From positions 672,001 to 736,000 of the forward strand of contig OZ252287.1 in assembly GCA_965250085.1 (NCBI GenBank): a stretch of 64,000 nt of DNA, given 5' to 3'. Each line of letters begins with the position of its first letter. Position 1 is the stretch's first letter. Source of the DNA: Candidatus Altimarinota bacterium. Lineage in GTDB: Bacteria > Patescibacteriota > Gracilibacteria > CAIRYL01. Positions 8,871 through 18,706 of the stretch are shown piece by piece. The notes below the pieces were generated by a model. It saw only the letters and a program-made list of their open reading frames with translations. It was not told where the DNA came from and ran no database searches. Both the position numbers and the translations under genes were made by a program.

Positions 8871-9755
8871 ATGCCTGATGAATTTGTTGCTCCCGCAGAT
8901 TATGAAGATCGTGTTGCCGACAAGCACGAAGAAAAGCGGGATGTTATAGAAAAAATAGGAAAAAACTTTAAAAATTTTAAACAGGAATTTGTAGATGAGT
9001 TTACGCAGGGTATGTCCAATAAAAAGCTTGTTGGAGAGCTGGAAAGTGCGAATTGGAGAACTCTCACCGTTTCCAATGTTCTTGCGATTCAAACATTGCT
9101 GTATCGCCTCGGATTTAATTCAAAGAGCAATATAGACGGCGGATATGCTTGGAAAGCGGTGCAGCATTTGAGAAGTCCCGAGGAAATAAAGGCTCGTGGC
9201 AGTAAAACACAAAAAGCTGTCTTGGCTTTCCAGGAAAGATTTGGCTTGCAAACCGATGGGCAATTTGGCCCACAGAGCTTTGGAAAGCTCAAAGAAGTTT
9301 TTGCTTCCCTTCAGGGTAGTCAAAAAGGAGTTGCCGAGCAAGCACTCCCCACTGAACCTGCTGCTCAGAAAAAAGAAGTTGCCAAAAATCCTCCAAAAAA
9401 AGATTTACAAGAAGACTCCGAAAAGGAACAAGTGCCATCTCCTTCTCTGCAGAAGGTATTTCAGAGCCTGCAGCAGAGTGATGCTTTTGATATGGTATCG
9501 AAACCTCCCTTTCAGAAGGATGGACGGGAAAGGATTTTTATTCTCACGAAAGGACAAGAAGGAGCTTTTATTCTCACGAAAGAAAGCAACGTCTATAGCA
9601 TCAGCTATACATCGAAAAATCCTGAAGATCAGAGGTTTGAAACTTGGGCAGATCAAACCACAATATCAGACTCTTTTGTGTTGCATCCGCTTTTAACGCC
9701 GGAAAATGCTGTTGGAATCATAGAAAAATATATAAGGGAATATGAGGAAAGATAA
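8871..9755 (+). CDS. Peptidoglycan-binding domain protein
   Basis: VLAIQTLLYRLGF..IDG..KTQKAVLAFQERFGLQTDGQFGPQS matches a PG_binding_1-like motif. Confidence 0.75.
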   Translation: MPDEFVAPADYEDRVADKHEEKRDVIEKIGKNFKNFKQEFVDEFTQGMSNKKLVGELESANWRTLTVSNVLAIQTLLYRLGFNSKSNIDGGYAWKAVQHLRSPEEIKARGSKTQKAVLAFQERFGLQTDGQFGPQSFGKLKEVFASLQGSQKGVAEQALPTEPAAQKKEVAKNPPKKDLQEDSEKEQVPSPSLQKVFQSLQQSDAFDMVSKPPFQKDGRERIFILTKGQEGAFILTKESNVYSISYTSKNPEDQRFETWADQTTISDSFVLHPLLTPENAVGIIEKYIREYEER

Positions 9756-9892
9756 AAAGCTCAATTGAAATTCTTCTCAAGAAGGAAGCTTATTGATAGC
9801 GCTTAAAATTCAGTCCAAGGTTTTTGAGTATTACCTGTTGACAAGATTGCGTATATTATATAATAATACGCTTCTGTTTTTTTATTTACGCG

Positions 9893-10699
9893 GTGTCTTT
9901 CAATAAAAGTACTATCGATTCCTCTTTTTCCTCTTCTTTCGATCTTTCGAGCGATAGGAGTCTCTCTTTTAATAGTCTCCTGCGCGCTGCTTCTGCTCGA
10001 GCTCTTATTGCAGGACTCCTGAGTCTCAATGGGCTCGCACTGGGAATAAAAGGAGCAAATGCACAGGAGATTCCAGATGATATATGGGAAAGAAAAATTG
10101 CCATCACGAGAGCCCTCGAGTCAGATTCTTCATCTGAACCCGTTGTTCCTGATGAAACTCTCTCCTTGCCTCCTGCTCCCCAAAATGATATTGAGGAGGG
10201 TATCGCAAATATTGAGAGCACTGCTTTTGATGAACCCAAAAAAGAAATGGTTTCTCTTCCTCAAGAACAAGAACCTGAAAACACTTTTTTTTGGCACAGT
10301 GTCATTGGAGGTCGAACACTTGCAATATTAACAGCACTTACAGCACTGGGCTCAGCAGGTTATCTATTGCGAAAAAAAAATCAATCTGATGCATCTCCTG
10401 AATCTTTCAAGCCTCGAACAGATTTCTCCTTTTTGCCTGCTCAAATAAAAGAAAAAATGTGGTCTCTCTCTTCAAAGGCAGGAGCAACCATTTCTAGTCT
10501 TAGAGACGCGTTGAAAAAGAAGGTTCATGCTTTGAAGAAAAAGAGAGAAAATGAGCAAATATCAGATTCACCGGAGAGGAATGATTTTGCTGATAAACCT
10601 TCTGACGAAGAAGTGAGTAGTGAAGGCGGCGACCTATTTCGCCTTTCTCCTGAGGAAGCAGAAAGCATACCCAGTTTTTTTGATGGAAATGATCAATAA
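9893..10699 (+). CDS. Hypothetical membrane protein (internal signal-like segment plus a TM helix)
   Basis: ALIAGLLSLNGLALGIKGANA-QE, then TM segment TLAILTALTALGSAGYLL-RKK. Confidence 0.65.
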   Translation: MSFNKSTIDSSFSSSFDLSSDRSLSFNSLLRAASARALIAGLLSLNGLALGIKGANAQEIPDDIWERKIAITRALESDSSSEPVVPDETLSLPPAPQNDIEEGIANIESTAFDEPKKEMVSLPQEQEPENTFFWHSVIGGRTLAILTALTALGSAGYLLRKKNQSDASPESFKPRTDFSFLPAQIKEKMWSLSSKAGATISSLRDALKKKVHALKKKRENEQISDSPERNDFADKPSDEEVSSEGGDLFRLSPEEAESIPSFFDGNDQ

Positions 10700-10739
10700 G
10701 AGAATTTTTACATTTTTTACGCAACCTTAACTCATAATT

Positions 10740-13700
10740 ATGTTCAAGATTAATACTCCAAAACCAGATTCTGATTCTCCTGATAATTCGCCACGTCCTG
10801 AAGAGGCTCTTCCAACAGGTGCATTAGAGGCAGTCCAGAGTCAAACGCATGTTTCGGCAGAGACTGTGCAGGAATACCCAGAGGTAGAACCAGATATGAG
10901 TGCTGAGAACGCCCTTGATGCATCAGAGGGAGAAGATATATTGATCCAAGTAGAAGTGGTAAGCCTTGAAAAGAATGGAAAAATTGTTGTGAGTATTGGT
11001 CCCGATTATAATACCTATGATTCTCACACAAGAGCCAATCCAAGAGTCAATCATACCCTTGTTCTTCCCCCTGAAATACAAGATCCCTCTCGCTTGGATA
11101 CCACAAAGCAAGTGATACTCGCCATTGCTTCTGCTCTTCACCTCTCCATGGAAAAGGAGTTGCATTCATCAGAGCAAATTCATTCAGGGCTTGCCAAGAT
11201 AAGTGCTATGAGAGGATCATTTGGAAAACAGTTTCGGAAAGGGTTCCCGAATTCAGAAGTTTTTAAAAGCGTAGTAAGAAAATTGAGTCAAGAATGTATC
11301 GGGGTTGCAAGACACCATGAGACAGGTGAAGTTCTGTCCTACATTGAAGCTCTTCAGAAGATAGCCAAACAATCAAAAACGACTCTACAAAAAGATATTT
11401 CTCCTGAACAACTTGGGAAATGTATAAGACCCATTTTTCGAGAGATTGCACGCATTGAAGAGTCCTTCTCTCTCTCTCGTTCTACAAGACGTCAGTATGA
11501 TTCATTTACAGAAAGTCTGCAAGAGGCCAAAACGAATAATTTTCACAACATCAAAGAATGGTGTATGAAAAATATCGTTGCTGATATTAAAAAAGCTTCT
11601 AAGGTACAAGGAGATACTTCACACCAAAGTCGAAAAGAAAAGACTGATCAAAAGCTGCGTATCTTACAAGAGTGTTTAGAAACCGTCGAATCACAGCTCT
11701 CTTCAGAGGATAAGAATTTATTTGTACAGCGCTATGCAGAGCCATTGATGCGTGAAGTTCAGTTTGTCCAAGGGGTCTCTCAGGAAGAATATTTTCAAGG
11801 CATATTGCAGGGTACTAAGCATTTATTAGAAGAAACAAGGAAGATCTCATTTGATGTAAATAGAGGAAGGGAACAATTTAAAAGCATTCGAACGTCAGCA
11901 AAACTTTTGGAGCAGCAAGGGAGGATTCTAGGCACCGACCAGAGAGCCGAAATAACAGCAAAATTGGATGAAGTTGAAAGCGCTCTTACCAGCATTGTTA
12001 CGGAACCGTTGGGGATTCAATTACAGAAGCTTAATGAGAAGCATTTGATAAAAACCATTAAGGGAAGAGATCCTGCTGATTTTAAAGATTTTAGAGCAAA
12101 GGTTTCTTCCCATATAGGAGCATTAAAAAAGATGGGGGAGGATGTTAGAAAACTTGATCCCAATCATCCTATCGTACAAGCTATACAAGATGAACAAATA
12201 CGGCAGGAAAGCCGCCTCTTCACAAGCTTTGTGGATGAGATGACCCTCCTGAGAGAAGATCTCGAGAGTGACCTCTCACAGATTGATACAAAAACAAATG
12301 TAGATGCCTGGATGTCACAAATATCTACCATAAGTGAAAAATATGTAACAAAGATCCGAAGCCTGGTCGGAAAAATACAGCGTGCACCTTTTACCAGTAT
12401 CAGTAAAAATAAAATAGCATCAGAAATGGATGCATTTAAAACGCATGTATCTTTGCAGTTTTATGAATTTTTGAAAAAACAGATATACGCAATATCTGAT
12501 TTGCAACAGAAGCAGTTACAAGAGGGATCTCCTCTACAGCTCACGACCAGTCAAAGTCAGGTCGATCTTTCCTCTCTAGAAGCTGAATTTTCGGGAAAAA
12601 ATATTCCAGACAGATTACGTCATATGATTGAACGTCTTGGAGATATAAAAAATGAAAAAAGACTCACCGTGGATCCTGAAGTTTTACAATCTCTTTGCAA
12701 AGGAACAGGAAATGAAATCGAAATACAAGCAACACGCGCAATGCTTATGGAGAGAAACTCTCAAATCAGCAGTCATATTGCAGTACTAGAAAAAAATTTA
12801 GAAGAGATTCCAAAGCTTATGAGATCTGTATCTCATTATTCAGAGGTCTATGAACAAACGCGAGACAGTCTTATGAAAGAAAGAGGGGAATGCAGAGAAA
12901 TTTATGACAGTATGGACCAAGATTTTTCCAGGAATATAGATGCGATCTCAGCCTTATTAGAAAAACTTGAGTCAATTGATGCGGAGAAGTCTGACATCAA
13001 AGCACTCTTAAAAGATCACCAGAAACATCTCAATATGATTCTTGTGCAAGGGAAGGAGCTGATCACGAAAAGACGAGGTGCTGTGCGGTCACAGGCAAGG
13101 AGTGCTCTTGACCAGATGGTCTCTCTTCTGAATCAAAAAGCCTTACAGCGAGATACTCTTCAGGAACAATTGTCTGATTGGCAGGAACTGTCTTCAGGCT
13201 TTCGAAAAGTAGAAAGAGATATGAATAATTTTCTCAAAAAGCTCCTCCAGTGGCTCCAAGAGTGCCAGGGTAATCTCTCCGCTCTGGAAGTAAAAATGAA
13301 ATCGGAAAATATAGAACTGTCTGATGCGTTCTTTCCTTCAGAAGCTTCTCTCCCAGATACATCCTCTCCTGCTAAAAAACAAGCACCAAGAAAATCAATA
13401 CCCTTAACGCCTCGACAAAATTCAGTAGACCGACGACAAGAAGAGCGCTTACACAAAACTCTTTTCCTCTGGGCAAAGGAAATGACAGACGTATGGGATC
13501 GTGCTGATATAGTGAAAAATGGAGCTCGTGAGACAAGGTCCAATGGTCGTGAAAATGATATTTTTGTCCTGGGGAACCCTCTTGGCGACCAAGCACATTT
13601 TGACAAATCTATGAAGATGAAGATTCTTCCAAATGGCTTTCAACGCAAATTTATCATTGGCTCCGATCACAACCTTCTCACTCTTGCTCTTGCTATATAT

Positions 13701-15179
13701 GAAGGAAAAAACTCACTTGGTAGAGATCTTATGAGCCTGCTAGACACAAAAGGTGGATACAGTGTTCTTCAGACAATTTATGAGAATTTTGGTCCTTCTG
13801 AGGATCGAGATAGTGTGCTAAATTTTAATATTTCTCAAAAAAGTGATCGTATAAAATTTTTAGAAGCATTCTTACGAAGCAGATCGTGCATACTAAAAAA
13901 CATGGGAATAAGCCCATTTAAAACGATTGTATCTCATAGTGCAGTAATAGGCATGATTGATGATACCCTTGTCCTTAATGGTCCATGTACAAAAGATATT
14001 CTTGAGTTTCTCCAGCTTTTTCCAGAGAGTACACTTGCTGATGTGGTCCGATCAATTAATAAATGTTATGCCAATGTTTTTCAGGAGGGCATGGTCTTTG
14101 AAGGTATGAGCAGTTCATCTATTTCGCGTGAGAAAGTTATAGAAAAAATAGACGCCGGAGTAGGACAAGAACACCCCTTTCAATTGCCCACTTGTGATCA
14201 GGGAGGAGGTATTCAAAAAACGAATTTCGAATTTTGGGAATGGTCATTGGAAAAATTTGAGAGAGAAATGCATCGTCTTTATCAAAATAAAATTACCCAT
14301 GCCTATATTCGAAAGCCAGATGACATAACTCTCGACGAATTCATAAAGACGCTTGAAGATCAGCTCGAAATAACAATATCAAGAGGAGAGATAGTAGAGG
14401 CCATCGGTAATGCTCGATCGGGAAAAAAGGGAAATGGTCACCCCATAAAAAGAATCCCTATTCCTCTCAGAGTAATTGGGGGATTGAAAGAATTTCAAAA
14501 ATCACGAAAGTGGAACCTGACTGATCAAATAGAGGTAAGAGCAAATAACAACCATGTCTTCACAGATTTTTTCTGTAGTGATAAATATCCGCAGTATTTT
14601 CCTCAAGAAGTATTGTGGGCGGAAAATGAGCTATCGAATGAAGAAAGAACTCAACTGAAATTATTTTGGGAAATTCAGGATACATTTTTTGGACCAAAAA
14701 AAAGAATAACTCCTCCGACAAAAAACCAGCTTCAAAGATTACAACAAATTGGCATCAATACCATTGTCACCCCAGAGACTATTTATGTACTCGATGACCA
14801 AGATGAAGAAGGCACGATATCTCCAAAGCAAGTCCATCGTGAAGACAAGGGGGATATAATGCGTATCTTCCAAGATGGATCGATTGCTTTTGAAACCCTT
14901 CAGGAGAAACCGCCGAAAGAAAGTATACGAGATCGTCTACTGAATGCAATTCCTGCAGGAGTTGCTGACACCCTCAAATCTCGATTGCCAGGTTTAAATT
15001 CTCCTTCTCATTCTGAAGAAGGAGAACTGGTAGAGCACTTAGACTTTGTAGTGGGCGATGATTCTTCTGTCGAATCTCCTGCAGGAATGCGAGATGCAAT
15101 CTCCACCTTATTTCGCGGACACAGAAGAGGTCTTTCTGTTCAAGATTTGAAACCTTTGGGGGACAATAACAAGGATTAG
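10740..15179 (+). CDS. Large hypothetical protein (long helical/coiled-coil region plus a possible degenerate metallophosphatase domain)
   Basis: 1479-aa uninterrupted ORF, helical and rich in E/K/L/Q over the first ~870 aa. Confidence 0.8.
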   Translation: MFKINTPKPDSDSPDNSPRPEEALPTGALEAVQSQTHVSAETVQEYPEVEPDMSAENALDASEGEDILIQVEVVSLEKNGKIVVSIGPDYNTYDSHTRANPRVNHTLVLPPEIQDPSRLDTTKQVILAIASALHLSMEKELHSSEQIHSGLAKISAMRGSFGKQFRKGFPNSEVFKSVVRKLSQECIGVARHHETGEVLSYIEALQKIAKQSKTTLQKDISPEQLGKCIRPIFREIARIEESFSLSRSTRRQYDSFTESLQEAKTNNFHNIKEWCMKNIVADIKKASKVQGDTSHQSRKEKTDQKLRILQECLETVESQLSSEDKNLFVQRYAEPLMREVQFVQGVSQEEYFQGILQGTKHLLEETRKISFDVNRGREQFKSIRTSAKLLEQQGRILGTDQRAEITAKLDEVESALTSIVTEPLGIQLQKLNEKHLIKTIKGRDPADFKDFRAKVSSHIGALKKMGEDVRKLDPNHPIVQAIQDEQIRQESRLFTSFVDEMTLLREDLESDLSQIDTKTNVDAWMSQISTISEKYVTKIRSLVGKIQRAPFTSISKNKIASEMDAFKTHVSLQFYEFLKKQIYAISDLQQKQLQEGSPLQLTTSQSQVDLSSLEAEFSGKNIPDRLRHMIERLGDIKNEKRLTVDPEVLQSLCKGTGNEIEIQATRAMLMERNSQISSHIAVLEKNLEEIPKLMRSVSHYSEVYEQTRDSLMKERGECREIYDSMDQDFSRNIDAISALLEKLESIDAEKSDIKALLKDHQKHLNMILVQGKELITKRRGAVRSQARSALDQMVSLLNQKALQRDTLQEQLSDWQELSSGFRKVERDMNNFLKKLLQWLQECQGNLSALEVKMKSENIELSDAFFPSEASLPDTSSPAKKQAPRKSIPLTPRQNSVDRRQEERLHKTLFLWAKEMTDVWDRADIVKNGARETRSNGRENDIFVLGNPLGDQAHFDKSMKMKILPNGFQRKFIIGSDHNLLTLALAIYEGKNSLGRDLMSLLDTKGGYSVLQTIYENFGPSEDRDSVLNFNISQKSDRIKFLEAFLRSRSCILKNMGISPFKTIVSHSAVIGMIDDTLVLNGPCTKDILEFLQLFPESTLADVVRSINKCYANVFQEGMVFEGMSSSSISREKVIEKIDAGVGQEHPFQLPTCDQGGGIQKTNFEFWEWSLEKFEREMHRLYQNKITHAYIRKPDDITLDEFIKTLEDQLEITISRGEIVEAIGNARSGKKGNGHPIKRIPIPLRVIGGLKEFQKSRKWNLTDQIEVRANNNHVFTDFFCSDKYPQYFPQEVLWAENELSNEERTQLKLFWEIQDTFFGPKKRITPPTKNQLQRLQQIGINTIVTPETIYVLDDQDEEGTISPKQVHREDKGDIMRIFQDGSIAFETLQEKPPKESIRDRLLNAIPAGVADTLKSRLPGLNSPSHSEEGELVEHLDFVVGDDSSVESPAGMRDAISTLFRGHRRGLSVQDLKPLGDNNKD

Positions 15180-15253
15180 TGTTTTTACAGAGGATTCAAT
15201 ATTTTTTATTTTATAGATCCAGTGATTTTCTGTATTTTTCCACAAAGTCAACA

Positions 15254-15330
15254 TGGTGGACAATACTGGATTCGAACCAGTGGCCTCCCGCAAGTCAAGC
15301 GGGCGCTCTAGCCAACTGAGCTAATTGTCC
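15254..15330 (-). tRNA. tRNA-Val(GAC)
   Basis: GGACAAT..AGCTCAGTTGGCTAGAGC..CCCGC-TTGACTT-GCGGG..ACTGGTTCGAATCCAGT-ATTGTCC-ACCA. Full cloverleaf with encoded CCA. Confidence 0.96.
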
Positions 15331-15441
15331 ACAAATTTATTTTTTGGGAACTCAATTATACGAAGTCTTGCTTAATAAAAACAAGAAAACTTGTGCTGAA
15401 TGCGCTTTTACAGGTATAAAGGGTAGGATTTTTTCCGATGA

Positions 15442-17367
15442 ATGACCCTTCTGGATGTCATCACCGATCTCTGGAAAGATGAGATTGCTCGCAAAACATG
15501 CAAGAGGATTTTTATTGGCATCCTCCTCTTAGTGGCTCTCGCAACTCTTATTTTTGCTGGAGATATTGTACGCGTATTTGTTATTACTATAGGCGCCTTA
15601 TATCTGTTTACTACAGAAAGATTGCCCGTAGATCTCACTGCTATCACCATCATGGTGACGCTTATGATCTTTGGACTCGTCTCCCCTGCTGAGGGAGTTT
15701 CTGGATTTTCTAATTCTGCAACCATCACGGTAATGGCAATGTTTGTCATCTCTGCTGCTATACAAAAAACAGGAATTATTCATACCTTGGGAAGAATGGT
15801 TTTTCAATTTGCTGGGAAAAACGAATTTCGCCAACTCCTCTGTATTGCGGCAATTATTGGTCCAATTTCAGGAGTCATCAATAACACTGCAGCAGTTGCT
15901 ATTATGCTGCCCATGGTATTAGATCTCACCAGAAGGGCAAAAACATCCGCTACAAAGTTGCTGATCCCCCTGTCTTTTATTTCTATGGCGGGAGGAATGC
16001 TCACTCTCATTGGGACCTCTACCAATATATTGGCCAGCAGTATTTTGGAAGAACACGAGCATTTTGAGCCACTTGGAATGTTTGAATTTTCAAAGCTGGG
16101 AATTATTGTACTCGGAATCACAATTCTCTTTTTCTTAGTCATTGGAAGATTTTTATTACCTCAGAAAAGAAAAAATGAAAAAACTTCAGAGCTCGATGCT
16201 ATTGAATCAGATTTTCTAATAGAAATTATTCTGCAAAAAGGATCTCGTCTCATCGGAAAAACCCTCAAGAACTCTAAATTTTTAAGTAAACATGATGTTA
16301 AGCTGGTCAAACTGATTCGTGGGAAAAGTGCATACCTCAAGGATGCAATGGAAAAAGAACTCAAAGAAGGAGATGTCCTGATGCTTATGGCAAATCAACA
16401 GAGAATTATCGATCTGGATAACAATGAGAAAGACGACATCAAATTGCTCCTTGATTTTGATGAATCACGAAGAAAATTGCCGGGTAGCGGACAGATTGTA
16501 AAAGTATTAGTGCGCGCTTCAAATGTTTTTCGTCAAAGATCACTCGCTTCCATTAAATTTTGGAAACGATTTGGAGCAGCGGTGGTCGGCGTACATCGTG
16601 AAGATGTCTCTGCCAAGCGTCTGGCAGACATGAAGCTCGACGCAGGGGAAATATTACTCGTAAAAGCTTCTCGGACGGCTCTTGCGGAACTCCAGAGATC
16701 CGATGATCTGATGATTGTGGAATCTATTGATGGAGAATTTAATCGAGAAAAAATGTGGATTGCCATTTCTATTGTTTTTGGCGTTATCGCTGTAGCTGCC
16801 CTCGGCTTCTTGCCTATTATGGTATCTGCTCTTGCAGGAGTAGTGCTCCTGATACTCACCGGCTGTTTAGATCCTAGTGATTTACATCGATCCGTGAGTT
16901 GGGATGTTATTTTTTTGCTCGCCGGCGTGATTCCTCTTGGTATCGCCATGCAAACAAGTGGAGCGGCTGATATGATTGCTGAATTTTTGGCGGAGAGTGC
17001 TAACTTCCTACCTCCCATTCTTATTCTAGGACTTTTTTATGTTATGACCACGATCATCACAGAGATTGTTTCAAACAATGCTTCTGTCGTTCTTCTCATC
17101 CCCGTTGCTATTTCGGTAGCAGAAAAACTCTTCTTAAATCCAAAAGCATTTGTGTTGGCTGTTATGTTTGCCGCTTCTACCAGTTTCTTGACACCAGTGG
17201 GATATCAAACCAATACCATGGTGTTTGGAGTTGGAAATTATAAGTTTTCTGATTTTATTAAAGTGGGAGCTCCTCTCAATGCCTTATTAGCAATCATTAC
17301 CACTCTTCTGATTACTTATTTCTGGGGACTTGATGCCATAGTGGAAATCTCAGAAGTTACATCATAG
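15442..17367 (+). CDS. SLC13/CitMHS-like permease with TrkA-C domains
   Basis: INNTAAVA, GGMLTLIGTSTN, SNNAS and FLTPVGYQTN motifs, with central soluble RCK_C-like repeats. Confidence 0.9.
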   Translation: MTLLDVITDLWKDEIARKTCKRIFIGILLLVALATLIFAGDIVRVFVITIGALYLFTTERLPVDLTAITIMVTLMIFGLVSPAEGVSGFSNSATITVMAMFVISAAIQKTGIIHTLGRMVFQFAGKNEFRQLLCIAAIIGPISGVINNTAAVAIMLPMVLDLTRRAKTSATKLLIPLSFISMAGGMLTLIGTSTNILASSILEEHEHFEPLGMFEFSKLGIIVLGITILFFLVIGRFLLPQKRKNEKTSELDAIESDFLIEIILQKGSRLIGKTLKNSKFLSKHDVKLVKLIRGKSAYLKDAMEKELKEGDVLMLMANQQRIIDLDNNEKDDIKLLLDFDESRRKLPGSGQIVKVLVRASNVFRQRSLASIKFWKRFGAAVVGVHREDVSAKRLADMKLDAGEILLVKASRTALAELQRSDDLMIVESIDGEFNREKMWIAISIVFGVIAVAALGFLPIMVSALAGVVLLILTGCLDPSDLHRSVSWDVIFLLAGVIPLGIAMQTSGAADMIAEFLAESANFLPPILILGLFYVMTTIITEIVSNNASVVLLIPVAISVAEKLFLNPKAFVLAVMFAASTSFLTPVGYQTNTMVFGVGNYKFSDFIKVGAPLNALLAIITTLLITYFWGLDAIVEISEVTS

Positions 17368-17391
17368 TTTTTTCTTTTTATACTATTCTCC

Positions 17392-17934
17392 ATGAATACA
17401 CCTCAAATGACTCCCGATGAAAATTCGGAAGAAATACAAAAACGCGAAGAAATAAAACAAGAAGTTCTTCATGATCTCAAAGTAGCAGCTTCTTCGGAGG
17501 CACGTGTTCGTACATTTGGAAAACTACTGGATACCTACGGAGTAGATGGGATATTTGGACTAGTGGTACCAGAAATCGGTGATGCCGGAGCCTCAGGACT
17601 TGCAGGACTCTACTTGCTCTGGGAAGCTCAAAAGGCAGGACTCAGCAAAGTGTCATATCTCAAAATCATTGGTTTGCAGAGTATAGATTTTGCTATAGGA
17701 GTCGTGCCAGTGGCTGGTGATGCTGTTGATTTTCTTTGGAAGGCCAATAAGTGGTCTACACATTCATTTGAGAAAAAAACAGATGAACTTGTTGAAAAAG
17801 CTAGAGAAGCTGGAATCCCCGAGTCAGATATTGCCAAAATTACGCTTCCCGCAGAAAAAGTGACCCGACTGGTCAGCAGGGCTATTGCACTCAGCAAACC
17901 TATGGGAGAGCATTTGAAAGATCAGAAAGTATAA
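17392..17934 (+). CDS. DUF4112-family protein
   Basis: G.DGIFGLVVPEIGD...IDFAIGVVPVAGDAVDFLWKAN pattern. Confidence 0.75.
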   Translation: MNTPQMTPDENSEEIQKREEIKQEVLHDLKVAASSEARVRTFGKLLDTYGVDGIFGLVVPEIGDAGASGLAGLYLLWEAQKAGLSKVSYLKIIGLQSIDFAIGVVPVAGDAVDFLWKANKWSTHSFEKKTDELVEKAREAGIPESDIAKITLPAEKVTRLVSRAIALSKPMGEHLKDQKV

Positions 17935-18020
17935 ATCTCCCCTAACCCCTCTTTACAAAAGAGGGGAAATTCCAAACATTTTTCTCCTCCCTTTTTCAAA
18001 GGGAGGTTGGGAGGGATTTT
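17935..18020. repeat. Bipartite palindromic (REP-like) element
   Basis: CCCCTCTTT-AC-AAAAGAGGGG and CTCCCTTT-TTC-AAAGGGAG hairpins inside outer inverted arms. Confidence 0.7.
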
Positions 18021-18041
18021 AAAAGTTTTTTACAAATAAGA

Positions 18042-18097
18042 GAGATTCCTCGACTCACTCATCTTCCATGCTGTACGATGATTTCGCTGGGAATGAC
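18042..18097. repeat. Degenerate REP-like element (GAGATTCCTCG...CGCTGGGAATGAC)
   Basis: Ends resemble the widespread GATTCCTCG..TCGGAATGAC palindrome family, with an internal insert. Confidence 0.5.
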
Positions 18098-18106
18098 GCG
18101 ATACAA

Positions 18107-18652
18107 ATGACCGAACTCATCATCATCATCCTACTTCTGGGAATACTTGCCATCAATGTGCTGTTTGCTCTCTCTCTCATTGGATGTCTATGGGGTGGTC
18201 TCTCAGGAGCTCCTTATGTCCCCACAAAGAGATCTGTCGCCGAACAAATGATCAGGCTTGCAGAAATTGAACCTGATATGAAGGTGTTTGATCTTGGATG
18301 TGGAGATGGGCGACTTGTATTTATGGCGGAAAAAAAAGGGGCCGTCGCAATTGGTGTAGAGATTTCGCTCCCCGTATATATATGGGCAAAATTGCTCCAG
18401 AAGATACGAAAGCATAAGGGTACTATTGTGCATGGAAGTATGTGGAATGCAGATGTCAAAGATGCTGATGTCATTTTTACCTATTTGTTCCCCAAGATGA
18501 TGGATCGATTTCAGCAGGAGATGTTTCCCCAATTAAAAAATGGCTGCAAAGTTATTACTCATGGATTTGCACTCAAGGGCAGAGAACCTGATATTTTTTG
18601 GAAACCAAAAACCGGCAAACGGGGTAGAATATTTGTGTATATAAAAAAATAA
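18107..18652 (+). CDS. Membrane-anchored class I SAM-dependent methyltransferase
   Basis: N-terminal TM helix, then APYVPT, DLGCGDGR, GVEIS and ADVIFTYL motifs. The upstream ATG at 18068 lies within a repeat. Confidence 0.85.
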   Translation: MTELIIIILLLGILAINVLFALSLIGCLWGGLSGAPYVPTKRSVAEQMIRLAEIEPDMKVFDLGCGDGRLVFMAEKKGAVAIGVEISLPVYIWAKLLQKIRKHKGTIVHGSMWNADVKDADVIFTYLFPKMMDRFQQEMFPQLKNGCKVITHGFALKGREPDIFWKPKTGKRGRIFVYIKK

Positions 18653-18656
18653 GAAT

Positions 18657-18685
18657 GTAAGGACGTAACACTGCTACGTTCCTCC
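18657..18685. repeat. GTAG-type REP-like hairpin
   Basis: GTAAGGACGTAACACTGCTACGTTCCT between two convergent genes. Confidence 0.5.
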
Positions 18686-18706
18686 TATTTCACTGACTCA
18701 CTTGCT

